From a virus (lineage: Duplodnaviria > Caudoviricetes), in IMG/VR virus record IMGVR_UViG_3300006802_000479, positions 1-26,080 of that record: a DNA stretch of 26,080 nt, one strand, 5' to 3'. Under the pieces are notes generated by a model that was given only the letters and a program-made list of their open reading frames with translations, ran no database searches and had not been told where the DNA came from. Shown here piece by piece: positions 25,556-26,080 of the stretch (positions are counted from its first letter, which is position 1; every line of letters begins with the position of its first letter). The position numbers and the translations under genes were made by a program.

Positions 25556-26080
25556 GCGGCACCCCCCTCGTCAGTAGAAACACACCTTCGCCCAACAAGT
25601 CGCGGGCTTCGATCAGAGTCCCTACTTCAGTAAGTGTATCTCTCCACCAGACAAACGGCTCCACGGTTAGGTGAAGCGGCTCTCCGACCATGTGGCCGAA
25701 AAAGTCATCGGTGAAAGAGATAGAGAGGAACAATTTGCTGCATTTGCTGAGCATGTTGCTCAGAGCCAATGCGGTAAACTGCTTGGGCAGGTGTTCCATG
25801 ACATCGCAGCAATACCCAAAACGATGAACCCCGGCCAGCGGCAAAGTGCGCCACAAACAGCCGGTCAAAAGTGGAATATCGCTGTGCTGCCAGTCGGCAT
25901 CGACTAAGTCTACCGATGTAACGGATAGACCACGATCTTTCAGCTTTCTGGATGCTGCACCAGCACCGGCACCAAAATCTACAACGGAGTCTCCCGGCTT
26001 CGCATTAGTCATGGACATAAACAGATCAACAAAAGACTCGCCAGGGGAAAACTGTCGGTATCCCGACAGCGCCCAGGCGT
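25548..26080 (-). CDS. Class I SAM-dependent methyltransferase (5' end outside the window)
   Basis: VVDFGAGAG (motif I), VTSVDL, CCDVMEHLP and LHLTV.PF.WW. The frame is open to the window edge (AWALSGYRQFSPGESFVDLF upstream of the track's Met). Overlaps the DUF115 gene by 8 bp. Confidence 0.85.
   Translation of the reverse strand, partial: AWALSGYRQFSPGESFVDLFMSMTNAKPGDSVVDFGAGAGAASRKLKDRGLSVTSVDLVDADWQHSDIPLLTGCLWRTLPLAGVHRFGYCCDVMEHLPKQFTALALSNMLSKCSKLFLSISFTDDFFGHMVGEPLHLTVEPFVWWRDTLTEVGTLIEARDLLGEGVFLLTRGVPHD

Noticed and set aside
26052-26069. Inverted repeat CTGTCGG-TATC-CCGACAG
   Set aside because: It lies inside the open methyltransferase frame with no U-tract and is probably incidental.

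Overview
This window is a co-directional (all minus-strand) morphogenesis region of a P22-like podovirus or prophage. An alphaproteobacterial host is suggested only by a CtrA-like gene. In transcription order (right to left) it contains: a SAM methyltransferase truncated by the window edge; a DUF115/Maf-like enzyme; a 153-aa virion protein; an 845-aa G8-domain/beta-helix protein; an orphan CtrA-like winged-helix protein; two small hypotheticals; a 2,454-aa Ser/Thr-rich modular fibre with about 39 copies of a 24-aa repeat; two small proteins; PBSX-type TerL; P22-like portal; a 946-aa polyvalent protein (LPD23/zincin plus ADP-ribosyltransferase); a hypothetical; scaffold; P22-like coat protein; a hypothetical; gp4-like adaptor; a hypothetical; gp10-like tail hub; and a small tail protein. 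Four points stand out. (1) A ~13-kb appendage and possible glyco-modification cassette lies upstream of TerL, with no TerS in view. (2) A phage protein has a fibrocystin/CEMIP-like G8 architecture. (3) A receiver-less CtrA-like protein is wedged among structural genes. (4) A polyvalent effector is coupled to the portal gene. All family calls come from recognising motifs by eye; no database searches were run.
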